DNA of 64,000 bases from Oikopleura dioica. Lineage: Eukaryota > Animalia > Chordata. Within the stretch, counting starts at the first letter, position 1. Each line of letters opens with the position of its first letter. The stretch spans positions 7,192,001 to 7,256,000 of the forward strand of contig OU015566.1 of NCBI GenBank assembly GCA_907165135.1, written 5' to 3'. Positions 1 to 13,200 of the stretch are shown here, piece after piece. The notes beneath the pieces were generated by a model. It was given only the letters and a program-made list of their open reading frames with translations. It was not told the DNA's origin and did no database searches. A program made the translations under genes and the position numbers.

Positions 1-3000
1 GCAATTAATCAATCGGTGAAGCTTTCCCAAATCAAGTCCCCTAAATTGTCACACAAGAAGCCACCTGTACAAAAGAATGAAAAGAAGAAAAGTTCAAAGC
101 CGGCGTCAAGCGAGGTGCATCATCTGAAACAGGAGAAAATTCATGTAGAATCTCCAACTCGACCTCCTCCTGAACCATCGACTTTGAAAGCGACTACTAC
201 CAAGGAACCCGTTTTTTCATTAAAAATTTTCGACAAGAGGTCAATATTTTGGGCCAAAATGTCTAAATTTTATTTTAAAACGGTATCCAGCCAGTTGATG
301 ACGTAAAAATCACCGATGAAGACTCCCCCATCATCGACAACAATGCCGACAGTATCATTGAGATGTCCGAGAAACCAAGTCTCCCCAGTGAAGAAGAGAC
401 TTTATCGGTCGAAAAAGACAGCGAAATAATCGATGTCCAGTCTTATGACAGTCAGACATTTTCGGTCAGCAAGGATTTCTGGATGCACGCAAGTCCAAAT
501 ACCAAGGCAATCTTTGCCCAGCTCCCGGTTCAATTTGAAAAGGAGTTTAAAAATCCTTGTTTTTGGCAAAAGTTTGAAGGTAAAAATGTTCAAAACTGAA
601 AAAATATAGTTCATTTAACGTCAATTTATAATCATTGTTCAACGCTCAAGGATATTTTTGAAGAAATCATTAGCATATAAAATATTGCTGTAAATCAGCA
701 TCCTCATCGTCAATTGATCGATTATGATTTGCATAGTTAGGTCTACCTAATTCGGAAATTCAATATATTTTCAGGAGAAATTTCCGCTGATCCGTATCTG
801 AACTCCCCGTACGCTCCAGTTCCTGGGGAAGAAAGACAGTATGACCCGTGGGGACACAATAATTACTACCGAAAAGCGCGAGCTGATTTCATCGGACGTC
901 TGAACAAAACAGAGACTGGCACTTATCGTTTTCGATGCCTTCCGTATTTCTATCTGATTTCGACGCCAAAAAGTGGGACGACGACGCTCTGGAATCAGAT
1001 GGTCAAGCACCCAGATGTCGATCTCAGGAAAGAGTCACGCCATTCCCACCTCTTCATTTTTTGACTAAGCTCTGTTTGACTCTTGTTCAGAATCGGAATC
1101 AAAGAAAACGCCTGGTGGAATTTCATGCGCCGCGGGCTTCGTGGCGACCACCACTGGGTCTATCACTTGGTCAATCCTCCAAAAGACTATCTCCCGAACG
1201 ATGAGCTGCTCGAAACTTTGGACCAGTTTATGGATCTCTTCGACAACGAAGGCGACAACTTCCGAAAAACTTTCAAAGAAAACGGCGGCAATTTCGTGAA
1301 TACAATAACAGCTCTTGCTCCGATCAATTTGCTGACTGCGCCAATCGACTTTTGGGAAGAGCTGCATCCAGGTAATTCAACATGAGAGTTTTGACATATG
1401 CTTTCTTGAAAATGGAGAATTCCACGACTATTTCTGAAAGATATTCAATAATAACAGCTGCTATTTCAGAGCAGACTAGATCTTCCCAGAATCGCGCACG
1501 GGTCGGGAAGTTTTTCTTTTGTTTTTGAGTCTTTCTAAAATTGCCTTAGTAGGCTACTAATAGCAGCGACAATTTCTATGCGACAATATTTGCGTCGGCG
1601 ACTATTTTCATCGCTGATTGGCCAGTTGGCGTATTATTAAGGTTGAGTTTTTCACCTAAGGTCGGCATCGACCCTGTTAACCCTGACATCATCGGTATAA
1701 ATAACTTTTACATCCATAATTATTACAAATCAAATTCAATTTTGTGGTTCTTTTCCTTTCTTTAAAAATAGAAATTAATTTGATCTAAAAATACAAAAAA
1801 GAATATTCCCGACTCAAGTCACGAGTTCTCCCGGGGTTATTGGGCCAACTCACTCAAAAAAATGCAACTTTAATTGCTTCTATATCTTTAGTTTTTACTA
1901 GACTCGCATGATCGTTAGTCATCACTTCTGATTTTAGAACTAGTCAAAGCTGGATTCAAATCTCCTCCATTATATCTACACCCAGCATACATAATCCACA
2001 AAGTACAACCGAGTGCACGACTCGTTGCGCTAATACGCGATCCTACTGAACGATTGTACAGTGACTGGCAGTTCTTCAACAAGAAATCGGACAAGAAGGA
2101 GTTTCATGAACTCGTCAAGGAAGGGAAATAAATTTATATTTGGAGATATTCTTCCTTGATTTCGATCTCGCTAATTTGCGCGAAATTCAAAAAAAAATTG
2201 CTAGTCTTCCTTGATTTCAGTCGACTTCGAAAATTTCGTTACAAAAATTTATTTCCAAAAAGCACGCCGTGGCTCAATTTCAAAACTGTCTTGACGAGGT
2301 GAGCAAATTCTTTAATTTTCATAAAGTTTTATTCAAAGCAACAAGCAGATGCAAATTAATTATTACATTGTTTTATCCCTAATTTTATTGCTTTAGGGTG
2401 ATGAAAGAAAATGCCTCTACAGCTGGAAATTAATTGCCAAGCGGCTCAGGTTGAATCGAGGTCTTTACGCTCCGTTTCTTGAAGGTAACTCGTGATTATT
2501 GAGTATTCATGTACTGAATTTTATCTTTTCTTTAATTGATTCACCAGATAAAAATTGTTGAATCATTCAAATTAAAAATGGATTAAGAAGATTATCATTT
2601 TAGATTTATTCAAAGTCTTCCCGCGCAATCAGGTCCTCGTCATGAATTTCGATCACTTTACTCAACATCAGCTTGAAGCTAATAACGAGATATTGCGATT
2701 TCTCAATATGAGTGAAATTGAATCAGAAAAATCAATTCTAAAGGTAACAAACGCTTCGAAATCGGTAATGAAAAGGTTTGGGTTTGGGTTCAGGTTTGGG
2801 TTTGGGTTTGGGTTTGGGTTTGGGTTTGGGTTTGGGTTTGGGTTTGGGTTTGGGTTTGGGTGTGATTTCGGTTAGGGTTAGGGTTAGGGTTAGGGTTAGG
2901 GTTTGGGCTTGGGTTTGGGTTCGGGTTTGGGTTTGGGTTTGGATGTGATTTTGGTTTGGGTTTGGGTTTTGGTTATTTAGGCTTCAAGACCTTAGAAATC

Positions 3001-3222
3001 TATTTTCAGAAAGCATTTTACAACCGCTGGTTCATTGATGACGACGACAAAATCATGCTCCCAGAAACTCGAAAAATCCTCGACGATTTCTACGGCCCAT
3101 TCAACAAGCGTCTCGCAACTCTTCTTGGCGACGAGTCGTACCGCTGGGATGTCTACCGACCGGTTCCAGAGCTGAGGCCGAAGCCAGATCCGACAGATGC
3201 GGAGAAGCCGAATCATCAATAA
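1..3222 (+). CDS. CHST15: CHST15-like (GalNAc4S-6-O) sulfotransferase, multi-exon, 5' end outside window
   Basis: Spliced reading gives KNPCFW (363-599 ORF), YRFRCLPYFYLISTPKSGTTTLWNQMVKHPDV (5'-PSB loop, ~925-1020), IKENAWW, ARLVALIRDPTERLYSDWQFF (3'-PB motif, ~2020-2080), RGLYAPFL and MLPETRKILDDFYGPFNKRLATLL. All parallel the CHST15 family. Stop TAA ends at 3222. Confidence 0.85.
2775..2973 (+). repeat. Telomere-like G-rich hexamer array, (GGGTTT)n with (TTAGGG)5 core, inside the last CHST15 intron
   Basis: Directly visible. TTAGGG x5 at 2872-2901, flanked by TTTGGG runs. Intron GT at 2765, AG ending 3009, phase 0 on both sides. Confidence 0.95.
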
Positions 3223-4285
3223 TAACAATAGCCTAACTTATTGACATATTGCCCAGAAAGAAGAAAATATTTAAATTGCCAATAAAAGACAGTGTATAAA
3301 TGAACTTCTTTGATAAAAATTATGATAGACGTTGCATAAACGCAGAACAATGCAATTGAGAAATTTTGATCCTGGCGATTCCAAGGCAATTATTCCGCTG
3401 CAGTTGGTTTAACACTCGGTTGTTAAAATACATTTTGGCAAGATGAGTGGATTTAATTTACGATCAAGATGAGCCGATATGCATGATAAAAAGAAGCAAT
3501 GTGCGTTTAATAATATTTTACAGCGACAATTTTAATACTGCGCAATTGTGTTTTCTCCTTAGATAACTCGATCGAGATGCTTGAATAAACATGCAGCTGA
3601 AGATAAAGAAGCAGGTTGAAGATTCTTATTTTAATTACAACTTGACTGAACTCGATAAATGACTAGGCGGAGAAAACTTGCTCGAAAAAGGGGTAAAAAT
3701 GGATCATTGAGAATTTGAAAAGGAGCTTGGAAATGATGTCACGACCTGTATTGACCTTTCCTGTATTGAAAACTGCTCTGCAAACAGCGACAGAGATTTT
3801 ATTTTTCAAAGGAAAATCAAACGAGATTCCTTGTGATATAAAGACAGATCACATTCTCCTGCGAAGAAAAATAAGGCTTTTTTGAAGCAACTTGACAGTA
3901 TTTTTCATTTAATCAAGAGAAAGAAGATGCCAGAAAACCCGAACTCAAGAAGCTCTCAAAGAAGGCCATCTGGTAAGTTTAATAAGACCGCTCGGTGCAG
4001 CGATTTTGAACTTGCCGCGGAGCCCTGATTGGTTCAATTTTTATCGGAGCGCCATCTAGGTATCCGGTCGAACCGCTTGCTTGATTGATGCATATTTTTC
4101 TTAGATTTTAGATTCAAGTAGGCAAGATTTTTTTTGAAAATTTGCGTGGGCAAAGTTGGATAAAGCTCACAGCGTGCGGTCACGCTAAACATAGTTTGTC
4201 TTTTGAGAGAGCCAGTTGTTTGGACAAACTTGTAAAAGTTTGCTCCTGGTCGCGTTATATGATCGCGCTTGTAGAGAATAGAAAA

Positions 4286-5325
4286 ATGGAAGGTATTGAA
4301 GGCCAGAATTCAGCAGAAATCTGTAAGTTTGCTCCTTCTTTTCGCCTCAAAAAAGCCTAAAAAGACGTAGAACTTTTATTTACGGAGTTTCTAGCGTTCG
4401 ATGCGGATTTGGTCGAATCAGAGCTTTCTCGAATGAATTCTGCGGCAGATGAAATCAATATTTTGGAAAACAAGCTGAACAAAAAACGAAAAATCCACGA
4501 AAAGCTCGTTCTCAACTTCACCACCGACCTTGGGAATGTAAAGGCCAAGGTGACAACCGAGCAAATACAAAACTCCGCGGAATTTTACCAGAAAATGAAA
4601 GAAGGTAGAAAGGAATTTCGTCGCACAGAAATAATATTTTTGAAGGCGACCGCTTGAAAAATATCCTGTCGGAAAAAAAGAATCAACTGGAGAAGCTGAC
4701 AGATGTTATTGAACTCATAGAGGCGACGCTTGCCAGGACGAAATCGTCTGTAAGCGGCCGGGAAATTGCGAATAAGAAGCTTCGGGATCTGAGGCAGAAA
4801 ATTGTGGCAAAGTAAGGCCCCACTAAAAATGCTTTGATTAGTAATGATTACTTCATTCCTCTCTTCTGAGTGGTCAAAATGCCTATCTTCGCTAATGGCC
4901 AATCAGAAGGCAGGATTAGAAAATTCGTTATCGCGAAACCTTGCTGTAGAAATCAATTCTTCCCTCCGTTAATTTCATTTTCTAGAGAAAGCCTTGAGCA
5001 AGAAATAAACGAGCTGGATGCAGAACACCGTCACAATCTTATCGAAGCCCGCGTCCAAGCAAAGAAGCACCCGTTCAACATTCGCAAGACGAAAAACTTC
5101 TTCATGATCAAGTGGAAAGGCGAGGACGAAATTCATTCAGCAAGTGTGGAGATAGAAGAGCTCTCAAGATTGCTGGTAACGCAAAAGGAAAATTATACGA
5201 ATGCGATGCGCAATCTTGAGGTTTACTCTGGAAAGGTACATTTTTAACACGATTTTATTTATTTATGTTTCTTTAAGGTTCATGCGAAGCGATCAAATAG
5301 CCAAATGTCGACAAATTCTTCATAA
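4286..5325 (+). CDS. SH3BP5: SH3 domain-binding protein 5-like coiled-coil protein
   Basis: ELSRMNSAADEINILENKL ... NIRKTKNFFMIK ... LVTQKENYTNAMRNLE resembles SH3BP5 (ELEKLNQSTDDINRRE ... AINKSKPYFELK ... AKGEYKMALKNLE). Divergent; exon boundaries approximate. Confidence 0.65.
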
Positions 5326-5414
5326 ATTATTTCTGTACAAAAGTGCTCTTGTAAATAAACTTGTCTAATTCACTTTTACAACACAATTCGTTTACGATCA
5401 TGTTTTATCCTTTG

Positions 5415-8400
5415 TCACATATAATTAGCAAGATCGAGAATAGAAGCTTGCCGACGTGCCGGTTTCTTCTTTTTCGACTTCTTCCTTTTGGACTTTTTGC
5501 GCTTGCTCATTTGCTCGTCGACGGTCTTTTTTCCGCGTTGCATGATTGCCAAGACGGTTCCGATTGCCGCGGCCCCGATGAGTCCACCGGTAATCATTCC
5601 GATAGCCGTGTAGTTTGTATCATCTGCGGGGGTTGGTTTTGTTGGGTAGGCATTTACTTCCACTTCTAGGGTTAAAGTTACGGAAGATATGAGATCTGTT
5701 GGGAACAGTTATTCTTTGACCAACGGAATACTCGATATAGGTACCTGGAGTTTGTATCAATTTGGAGTTAATATTGATATGTGGAGGTGCCGCAGTCGGA
5801 TTGTAATTATTCTTTTTCTCTTGAATGACTTGAACTTCCTGAAATTCATATTTAGAAAACGTATCCGAGCAGTAGTGGTAAAATTACCCGTCTTTCTCGG
5901 CCAGTAACGTCGATAATCCGCAGAGGTGAATGATCTGCCATGTTTCCTTCGTGATCATAAGATGTGATGCTGAATTGCCAGATGATCTGAAAATAAATTC
6001 TACCAACGAAAATATGAGAAAACTAACCTCCTTGAGGGTATGTTCATTCGCCTTGGCCTTCAAATGTTCCCAGAAAACAGTATTTCTTTCTCTTCCCCAT
6101 TCGGGCATTTCCGGGCATTTGATGATAGTGAACTTGACGACTTTTTCTTCATCATTTTTTCTGATCAAGGTAGGAGCGACTTCTGCAGAGGGTTCTTGCT
6201 CAATAACAGGTACAATGGTCTGATTGGTGGTCAGCTCATAATCCTCAGCATCTGTGTTCAACGAAAGAAAGATCAATTCCGACGTCTGTCCGGCGATGGC
6301 TCCAAAATTTTGACTCGTGAACAGCGTCAAGTCAGAATTCGTGATGAAGATTCGGATTAGCGGGTAGATACTCGGGTCCCGGAAGGATGCATCTCCGAAA
6401 ATCCGGACATTTGAACTCAAGTCGCTGAAAACTTCGCTCCAATCGTTTCCGTCTTTCAACATTTTTGACGCTAGAATTTGGTTGATTGAGATCTGAGGTT
6501 TAAGATTCTTTCTTACCAGAGACATGCAGTCTCGTTATATACGAGCCAAGCCGGTATTGTTTGCTCAAATTAGTGAAGAAACGCTTGAGATCATGTCTGA
6601 ATGGCAAATTGCACTCGTGGTAATTGAATTCTATTTTATCATTTAATGTCGCCTGCGTAAGACAGACGGCGTAGGAGAATACGTTTGTACATTCTACAAG
6701 TTTAATTTTGTAGAAAATAAAAATGAGAAAATCAATCAATGAAAAAATTTTTGTTTCAAAAGTCTAGGTCTTTATCGGGTTTCTTACATGAGAGCATCTT
6801 TTCCATAAGTTCGCGTTTCTTTGACATCAATGTGCACTTCAATATTGCCAATAAAGTAAGGTGGAGCATCTGTTTAAAATCGACTATCGTAAAATTGAAA
6901 TCAAGGAAGAGAGCTACCTTTGAGCGTTGATAAATCGAGACTAACTGATTTTTCCTGCTCGATTTTGACGGGAAGCAAATCCTTTGAAGAAGTAAAAAGG
7001 GGGTCGAATTCCGGAACGACATATCCATATGCGAAATTCGATAGTTTCGTGTCTCTTGGATGAGACGCGAAGAGACGAATTTCGTACTTAGACACTCTTC
7101 GGCCTAAAATACTTAATAAAGACGCTTACTTTTTTCTTCGCAAACCTTGATCATGAGGTTCTTTGAATCCAATAATTGCTTGTTCCCGGTATCTACGAAC
7201 AGAGAGCTCTCGAATCGGCTCTGGCGGGCTGACATCTCTCCCTGCTTTTTCACAAATGTACGCATGCGATTCCTCGCTGGTTACACATTGAACTTTGTTG
7301 GTCGAGTTGACGATCTGACTGAGTTTGCCTGGCGGAGCTACAGTCATCCAGTGACATTGCTCTGGATGTCCGCCGCCTTTATGCCAGTTATTGTAAGCCT
7401 CAGTAGACATGTTCTTAGATTTGTAAATTTCTAGAGCTGGTTTTCAAATTCTTACCCTGAGATCGCTCAAACTCGGTTGATAACTTAGTTGGTTCCTAAC
7501 ATGTCGATTTGGCGTCTTTTCTTTTGTCCTGAAAAACTTCTCCTTTGCCGTTTCAAGCGCGTTCTGATCATAACCATCGATCCAAATGCTTTGTTGGATT
7601 TCTTTGGTGACTTTGAAGGCGAGCATGATTTCATCCACTTGGTCGGCTTTCATCAGCGTTGCATCTTCGGCTTTGCAGGACATGTTCGCCAGAACGACTC
7701 GCGGTGTTGGATCAGTATCGACGACTTTGTAGCAGCGGTTCATGACGGGAAAGAAGTCTTCGCCCTCGCAAATGCCTTTGAAACCACGTGGTGCTGCAGT
7801 GATGGTAGCGATTCGTTCCCAAATATCCTAATTATTCACATTTCTATGAAAGAAGAATGGCGAACTTACGGATGTTTCCATCACAGTCGCGCGATCCCAT
7901 AATCGTTGGGTTCCGAGCCCCATGTTCAGCCAATCTAACAATTGTTTTACATTCAAATTTAGGCTGAAAACTTACGTGTCCGAGTAAGCCGTTCTCTTTG
8001 AATATAAGAGCCCCTGTTTATTGCCCAACTTCTTCCAGCCCTTGGGAAGTTTCTTGGATCATCATGATCCTCTTCCCCTGTCGATCGTTTTCCACGAGAG
8101 TTGATGAAATTTATGCCTTCTTGGGTCGAGTTCCCACCGATGAATCCTTTGCGGTTGACTCGCGCGACAATTTGGCTCTGGGTTGATTTGTCGAACGGAT
8201 GAACACTTGTGGCGAAGAAGCGCATTTTATATTTTCCCTGAGAATTGTTATCGGTCTCCGGGTTCGTCTCTACCTGTGAAAGAAACTCAGAATAAATAGC
8301 AGTGTAAATTCCGTCATTCGCATTCAAGTCTCCGTACAACCCATCATCGTATAATCGCAAGAGTTCAATCCGGAAGGTCTCGATTCCAGAACCAGCTGGT

Positions 8401-10703
8401 CGGTAAATTTCCACCCAGACGTAGGCGTCGACTACTGGATACTGGCCCTGCTGAATCTCGGCGAAGACGTAGAGTTCCGTCTTTTGCTTCGGCTATTAAA
8501 TGTATAGAAATAATAACTGCAGTTCTCTTTTACCTGCATAACGTAGCTATTCATCTGAATGGGATATTCATACGGTTTTCTTGCAAAAGAAGAGATCGAG
8601 ACGAAAATTGACACTTCTTCTGAACTTCCACTTGTGTCAATTTTCAAATTGAATCTTCCGAACTCGATTAGACCAGGAAGACTTATTCTCAAATTGTTCT
8701 CCGCTTCCGTCGAAAACACGACCTTTCCACCTCGAGCTCGATTTGATGTTTTGTCGTAGATTTCGCCGTTGGGGAAGATAAGTTCAATCTTTGGTTTGAC
8801 CAAGATTTTAGAGTTGGAGTGCTTCGATCCAAAATGGAACTATTCAGAGAAAAGATGATAATTTCTTGTAAGAAGAAGAAATTCACCTGTATGAACGTAT
8901 TTTTGCCGATGGAAGGGTCGATCACAAAAGGTAGATATTTAATAGCGTTAGCTAAAATTTCAGAATTTGAAGTTATTTTTGAAGACTATTTTTAACTTAC
9001 GTTCCATTGTGAACTGCTGATTTTGAATTGGTATAGCTTCTCCTTCTGATGTCCCTAGTTGACTGAATTTATTTTAGGATCAATTTCTTCAATCAATCAA
9101 AAATCACCTGTAGAACGCATCAGTAAGCGCGACAAGAGATTCTTCTGGCTGAACAAGCGAATAGGACGGTGTTCCTTTAGTTGCAAGTGCCAAGTAGTCA
9201 AGAACATTTGTATCGGAATTTCCCAAAGAAATCGTGTTTACAGTTACTCCAGAAAGTTGTACGAGCTCCATCGTTTCTTCCACCGACGGCGTGTTCCACT
9301 CTAGCCCGTCAGAGAGCAAGAGAATTTCTCCTCCATCCATCGTTCTAAGATACTCGGGCCCAGACTGCTGGAGCATGTTGATGCCCCTGAGAATGGCTTT
9401 GCCAATCGAGGTCCCAGATGCGACAGACTCGTCTTTAGGAAGTCGCGAGACGAGAAATGCTCGCTCATCCTCATCCACTATTTCAATTAAATCTTGTCGC
9501 CTCGTGCTCATTCGATTGAAGCTGATGATTCCGACATATGTTCCAGAAGAGACGGTGTAGATAAACTGTCTCACTGCGTTTCGGACCATGCTCAGGCGAT
9601 TTCCTTCAAGCATGGATGTAGACGCGTCAAGGCAAAGAACGATTCTCCTTGGTGGCCGGAAGAAGAGATCTATATCTGGTATTGCATCATTCACTTCCAG
9701 AGAACTCGGACTAACTAGACCGGTGAAATCTGGATGCTCGAGGAGAACATCTTCCACAGTTCGATCATTGCAATGCTGGCATTGTTGGGATTTCTCCTCG
9801 ATTCCGAGAATGAAGCAATCTTCCTCATTCGTATCGTAGCACTTTGATCCGTCTTTTCTGACCTTTTCTTCTTTGAATTTTTTGCAGACTTGTGGTTGGA
9901 CACTGTCGAAAACGCCCCATTTGAATTTTGCCCATTCGAAGAAGAAGTTGCTCGATTCAAATGTTAGTTTTTGCTGAACTGATAATTTCTTCGTATCGCC
10001 AAAAAGTTGATCATTCTTTGTGAAAAATGAAGAGCTCATGTGAATGTATCGTCCTGCTTCGCCACAAGGTGTCCCTTTTACTGCTCTAGAATCAAAATAT
10101 TTCAACAAAAATTAGTTTTAGCTTCATACCTAGGTGAGCTAGGATCTTGTTCATCGGAAAAATATACTCTCATGGGCGTATTTTCAAAGTTAGGTGCGCT
10201 TTTGTACATTCTTCTGTCCCAAGTCGTATTCCAGTTTTTCACCCAGATTTCTCTCGCAGCATTTTCATATCGAAGATAGTTAGTCTCGTACGAAGCTGGT
10301 CTTTGCTGAAGGGGATTCCAAGTTTCGGGAATGACGATGCTCACGTGACGGAGATACAAGTGCTTTTGCGTTTTTTCATAAAGAATTTTCGAGAAAATGC
10401 GAATCAGATGAGCGAGTTTTCCAACAAGAGACCAGTCTTCTGGCACCTTGTCGGAAATCGCAATGTACAGGCCTTCATATCCGTTGTTGACGAGTTTCAC
10501 ATGGTTGGTCCAGTTCTGGCTGCCGATACCCAGGGATTTGTAAATATCATACTTTGCCTTGTTAAATAACTCATTGTCTTCAGTTACTTTTCTCTGGTTG
10601 ACAGAATTTTTTTTCAATAAAGCTCTCTAGAACAATCTGTAACCAGTCCTTTGTTGAAAGAAAAAACTGTAAGTAATTGTCCAAAAAGGATGAAAATCCG
10701 CAT
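5415..10703 (-). CDS. CLCA-like protein: signal peptide, CLCA_N, VWA, beta domain, C-type lectin domain, FN3-like, unknown region, TM helix, basic tail
   Basis: NNGYEGLYIAISDKVPED...HVSIVIPETW (CLCA N-term); PCGEAGRYIH...FEWAKFKWGVFD; VLCLDASTSM (VWA MIDAS); LYDDGLYGDLNANDGIYT; CYKVV...SIWIDG...YICEK (CTLD); SPPEPIRELSV...EPHDQG...KYEIR (FN3-like); AIGMITGGLIGAAAIGTVLAIM (TM). Start inferred at MRIFILFGQLLTVFSF (10703). Confidence 0.85.
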
Positions 10704-10918
10704 AGTAGCTCTAGAAGAAAATCAGCGCGGCCCTGCAAGCATGATGAATATTAGATGCGGCGGGAATACCTGACCAAAAGGACTAAATTCCAATATCCAG
10801 AACGGATTAATAAGTCAAAGAGCACATCGATTTTAGTCAAAGTGAGTACTTGAAATTCATGCAATGTGAATAGCAACCGTTTGATCGGCTTCAATTTGTC
10901 TGATGTTTATTCAAGATT

Positions 10919-12681
10919 TCAGACGTAACAGAAGTGATCAGAACAGAAATCGCTGCAGTAATCGGGTTCAGTTAAGAAAAGAATTGGTCGGTGGCAATTT
11001 CCTCCGAGGTTAGTTATGTTTCGAGTTGAGACGACGGTTTCACCGTTCCATTCGGCTCGCTCGACCATATTGGTTGTGTATCCATCGTAAACCAAGAATG
11101 CGCCTTCAACAGCAATCATTGATCCATATGCAAATGTCTGCAATAACAAATTAAATATTTTGGATATAATGTAAAACTTACATTTGACATTTGTCCAACA
11201 AGTGTCCATTGTTCATTTCGGAAGAGATGAACACTTTTCAAATATTCTGACCCGTCGTATCCGCCTGTTGTTATAACACCATCTTCAACAGTCACACACG
11301 CATGATAACGAAGCATTCCAGACGGATGAACGGGCTCTTGTATCCAGCCACTATTAAAAATGAAACAACATGTATTTTTGAAACTGATTCTTACCTTAGT
11401 TCAAGGCTTTCAACAGTATTCGTTGCCGATCCAGCGACAATTAGTGGCTGACCTCCATACAATGCCATGCACGCATAATTATGACTAGCTGCGGTACTAG
11501 CGATTGCTTTTGCCGTCTCACCATCAAAGCTTTGACACGCGGATGAACTTCCCCTGCAGATAACAACCTCGTCTCGGACCTCTGGTACTGTTATAATCGA
11601 CGCATATTGAGAATATACGGTTTGACCATTGACCAAACGTTTCCTCGTATCTATGATCTCGCATTCTTTCAGTTTACCAATCTTAAAAATCTATATTTTT
11701 CGTATTTTAAGTTAAAAACCTTGTAAGCATCGTGATCACCACCAAAGAAATATATCTCGCCATTCAGGAGAGCTGATGCCGCTCGGTATAAAAATGGATA
11801 ATAAGAAGTCTCGCCACTTGATTGAGGCGAAAGAAAATGTCGATTTTCGATAAAGTATCCATCCGCAGACATCACATAGGTGTAGTTAACAGGGTTTGAG
11901 TTCGTTCCTCGTTCTTGACACATGCCAAGAACGTATTCTTGGCAGTGAAATCCATCTTCGCAAGGGCATCCTTTTTCGCATTCGGTCAAGCAAGGACATT
12001 TTCGTGACACCATCAAAAAGTCGTCGAAGCAGTCTTCAAAGCAGGTTTCGTTGGCCGTGCAGTTTCCAATGCAGTCGTTCAGTCCTTGGGAGGCCTCCTT
12101 GATGCACTGTTTGTAGAAGCTGTTGTTCGTTTGAGGCGAGCTGCAGGTACAAATGCTGTTTGCGCATCCTTCACAGCCATTCGGGCAGTCGGCAAAACAT
12201 GGGCAGGAATCATAACATCCTCAAGTATAAATTAGATATGATTATTTGATGCAAACTTACTTGTGTATTCGGACAAACAAGTCCTCTCGCAGTTGGCCGT
12301 GTCGCAGTTCTCCTTGCATTCCAAGTACTCGACGTAGCAAAATCCATCGCAGAGGATGGCAGTTTCTTCGTCACTAGAAAATGATGATCAAAAATAGAAT
12401 TCGAGTCAAATGAAGCGTTCAATTATTGGTTAGGCTTTGCATCAAGGGCAAGATTTGTTCGAAAAAGGCATGTTTACTTACGGGCAAGTTCCATTATCAA
12501 TCTTCGGCCGCTTCACAAAAGATGACAAGGTCGATTCAGGCTCAATCACAGGGTCAGTTTCGCTCATTTCGGCTGGGGCATTGAAGTCCGCCTTAGTTTC
12601 ATCAGTCAAGCCCCCTTTAGCGGGACCATTGAGACTCGCCTCGGCGAAAAACAAAAATAGAAAAAGGAGGTTCCAGTTCAT
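10919..12681 (-). CDS. Secreted Cys-rich protein with Kelch/galactose-oxidase-like repeats, unknown function
   Basis: Signal peptide MNWNLLFLFLFFAEA; Cys-rich blocks (CPCLTECEKGCPCEDGFHC); Kelch-like blades LNGEIYFFGG, EDGVITTGGYDG, YGGQPLIVAG. Confidence 0.7.
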
Positions 12682-13200
12682 TTTCTCTCTCAAACAAGAA
12701 CTGCTTAGGTAGACCCTGGACCTCGCTTTTATGAGGACAGTATTTGCTTTCGAAGTATGGAAAATGTCACAGCTGGTTCGGTTTCTTCCCGTTGCTATTT
12801 ACTCTTGACAAATTTGTGAGACTTTTCGATGGACTTTGATACAGGAAATATATAAACGCATCCATTTTGTATTTCCTCTGACATTTCAATCTATTGTTTT
12901 ATTATAATAAACCAAAATATAGACACGTAAAGAAAGAACCTTAAATTTTATAGCTGCGTTAATGAGTCCCAAAATCATCAGTGGGTTACCAAAAGAGAAA
13001 TCGTAATTTAATCAAGAACGCAATTAAATAAACCCTTTTTCTAACAGAGATGACCTATTTTTCTCCTCAAAACGACCACGCCCTATACAGCCGGTGCCCG
13101 AGCTGCAGAGAGTTCATTCAATATTTGCCTTGATTTTAAGCAGTCTTGATAAACCCCGTGGAAATTTTTTAACTCCGAATTGAATTCAGAGTTGCTGAAA

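Noticed and set aside
2642-3000. FG-repeat ORF extension (GFGFGFG...) suggesting a nucleoporin-like protein
   Set aside because: Translation of the intronic GGGTTT array; CHST15 homology resumes after splicing 2765-3009.
3430-3980. Possible small bHLH-like gene
   Set aside because: Could not assemble a stop-free spliced frame or a convincing motif.
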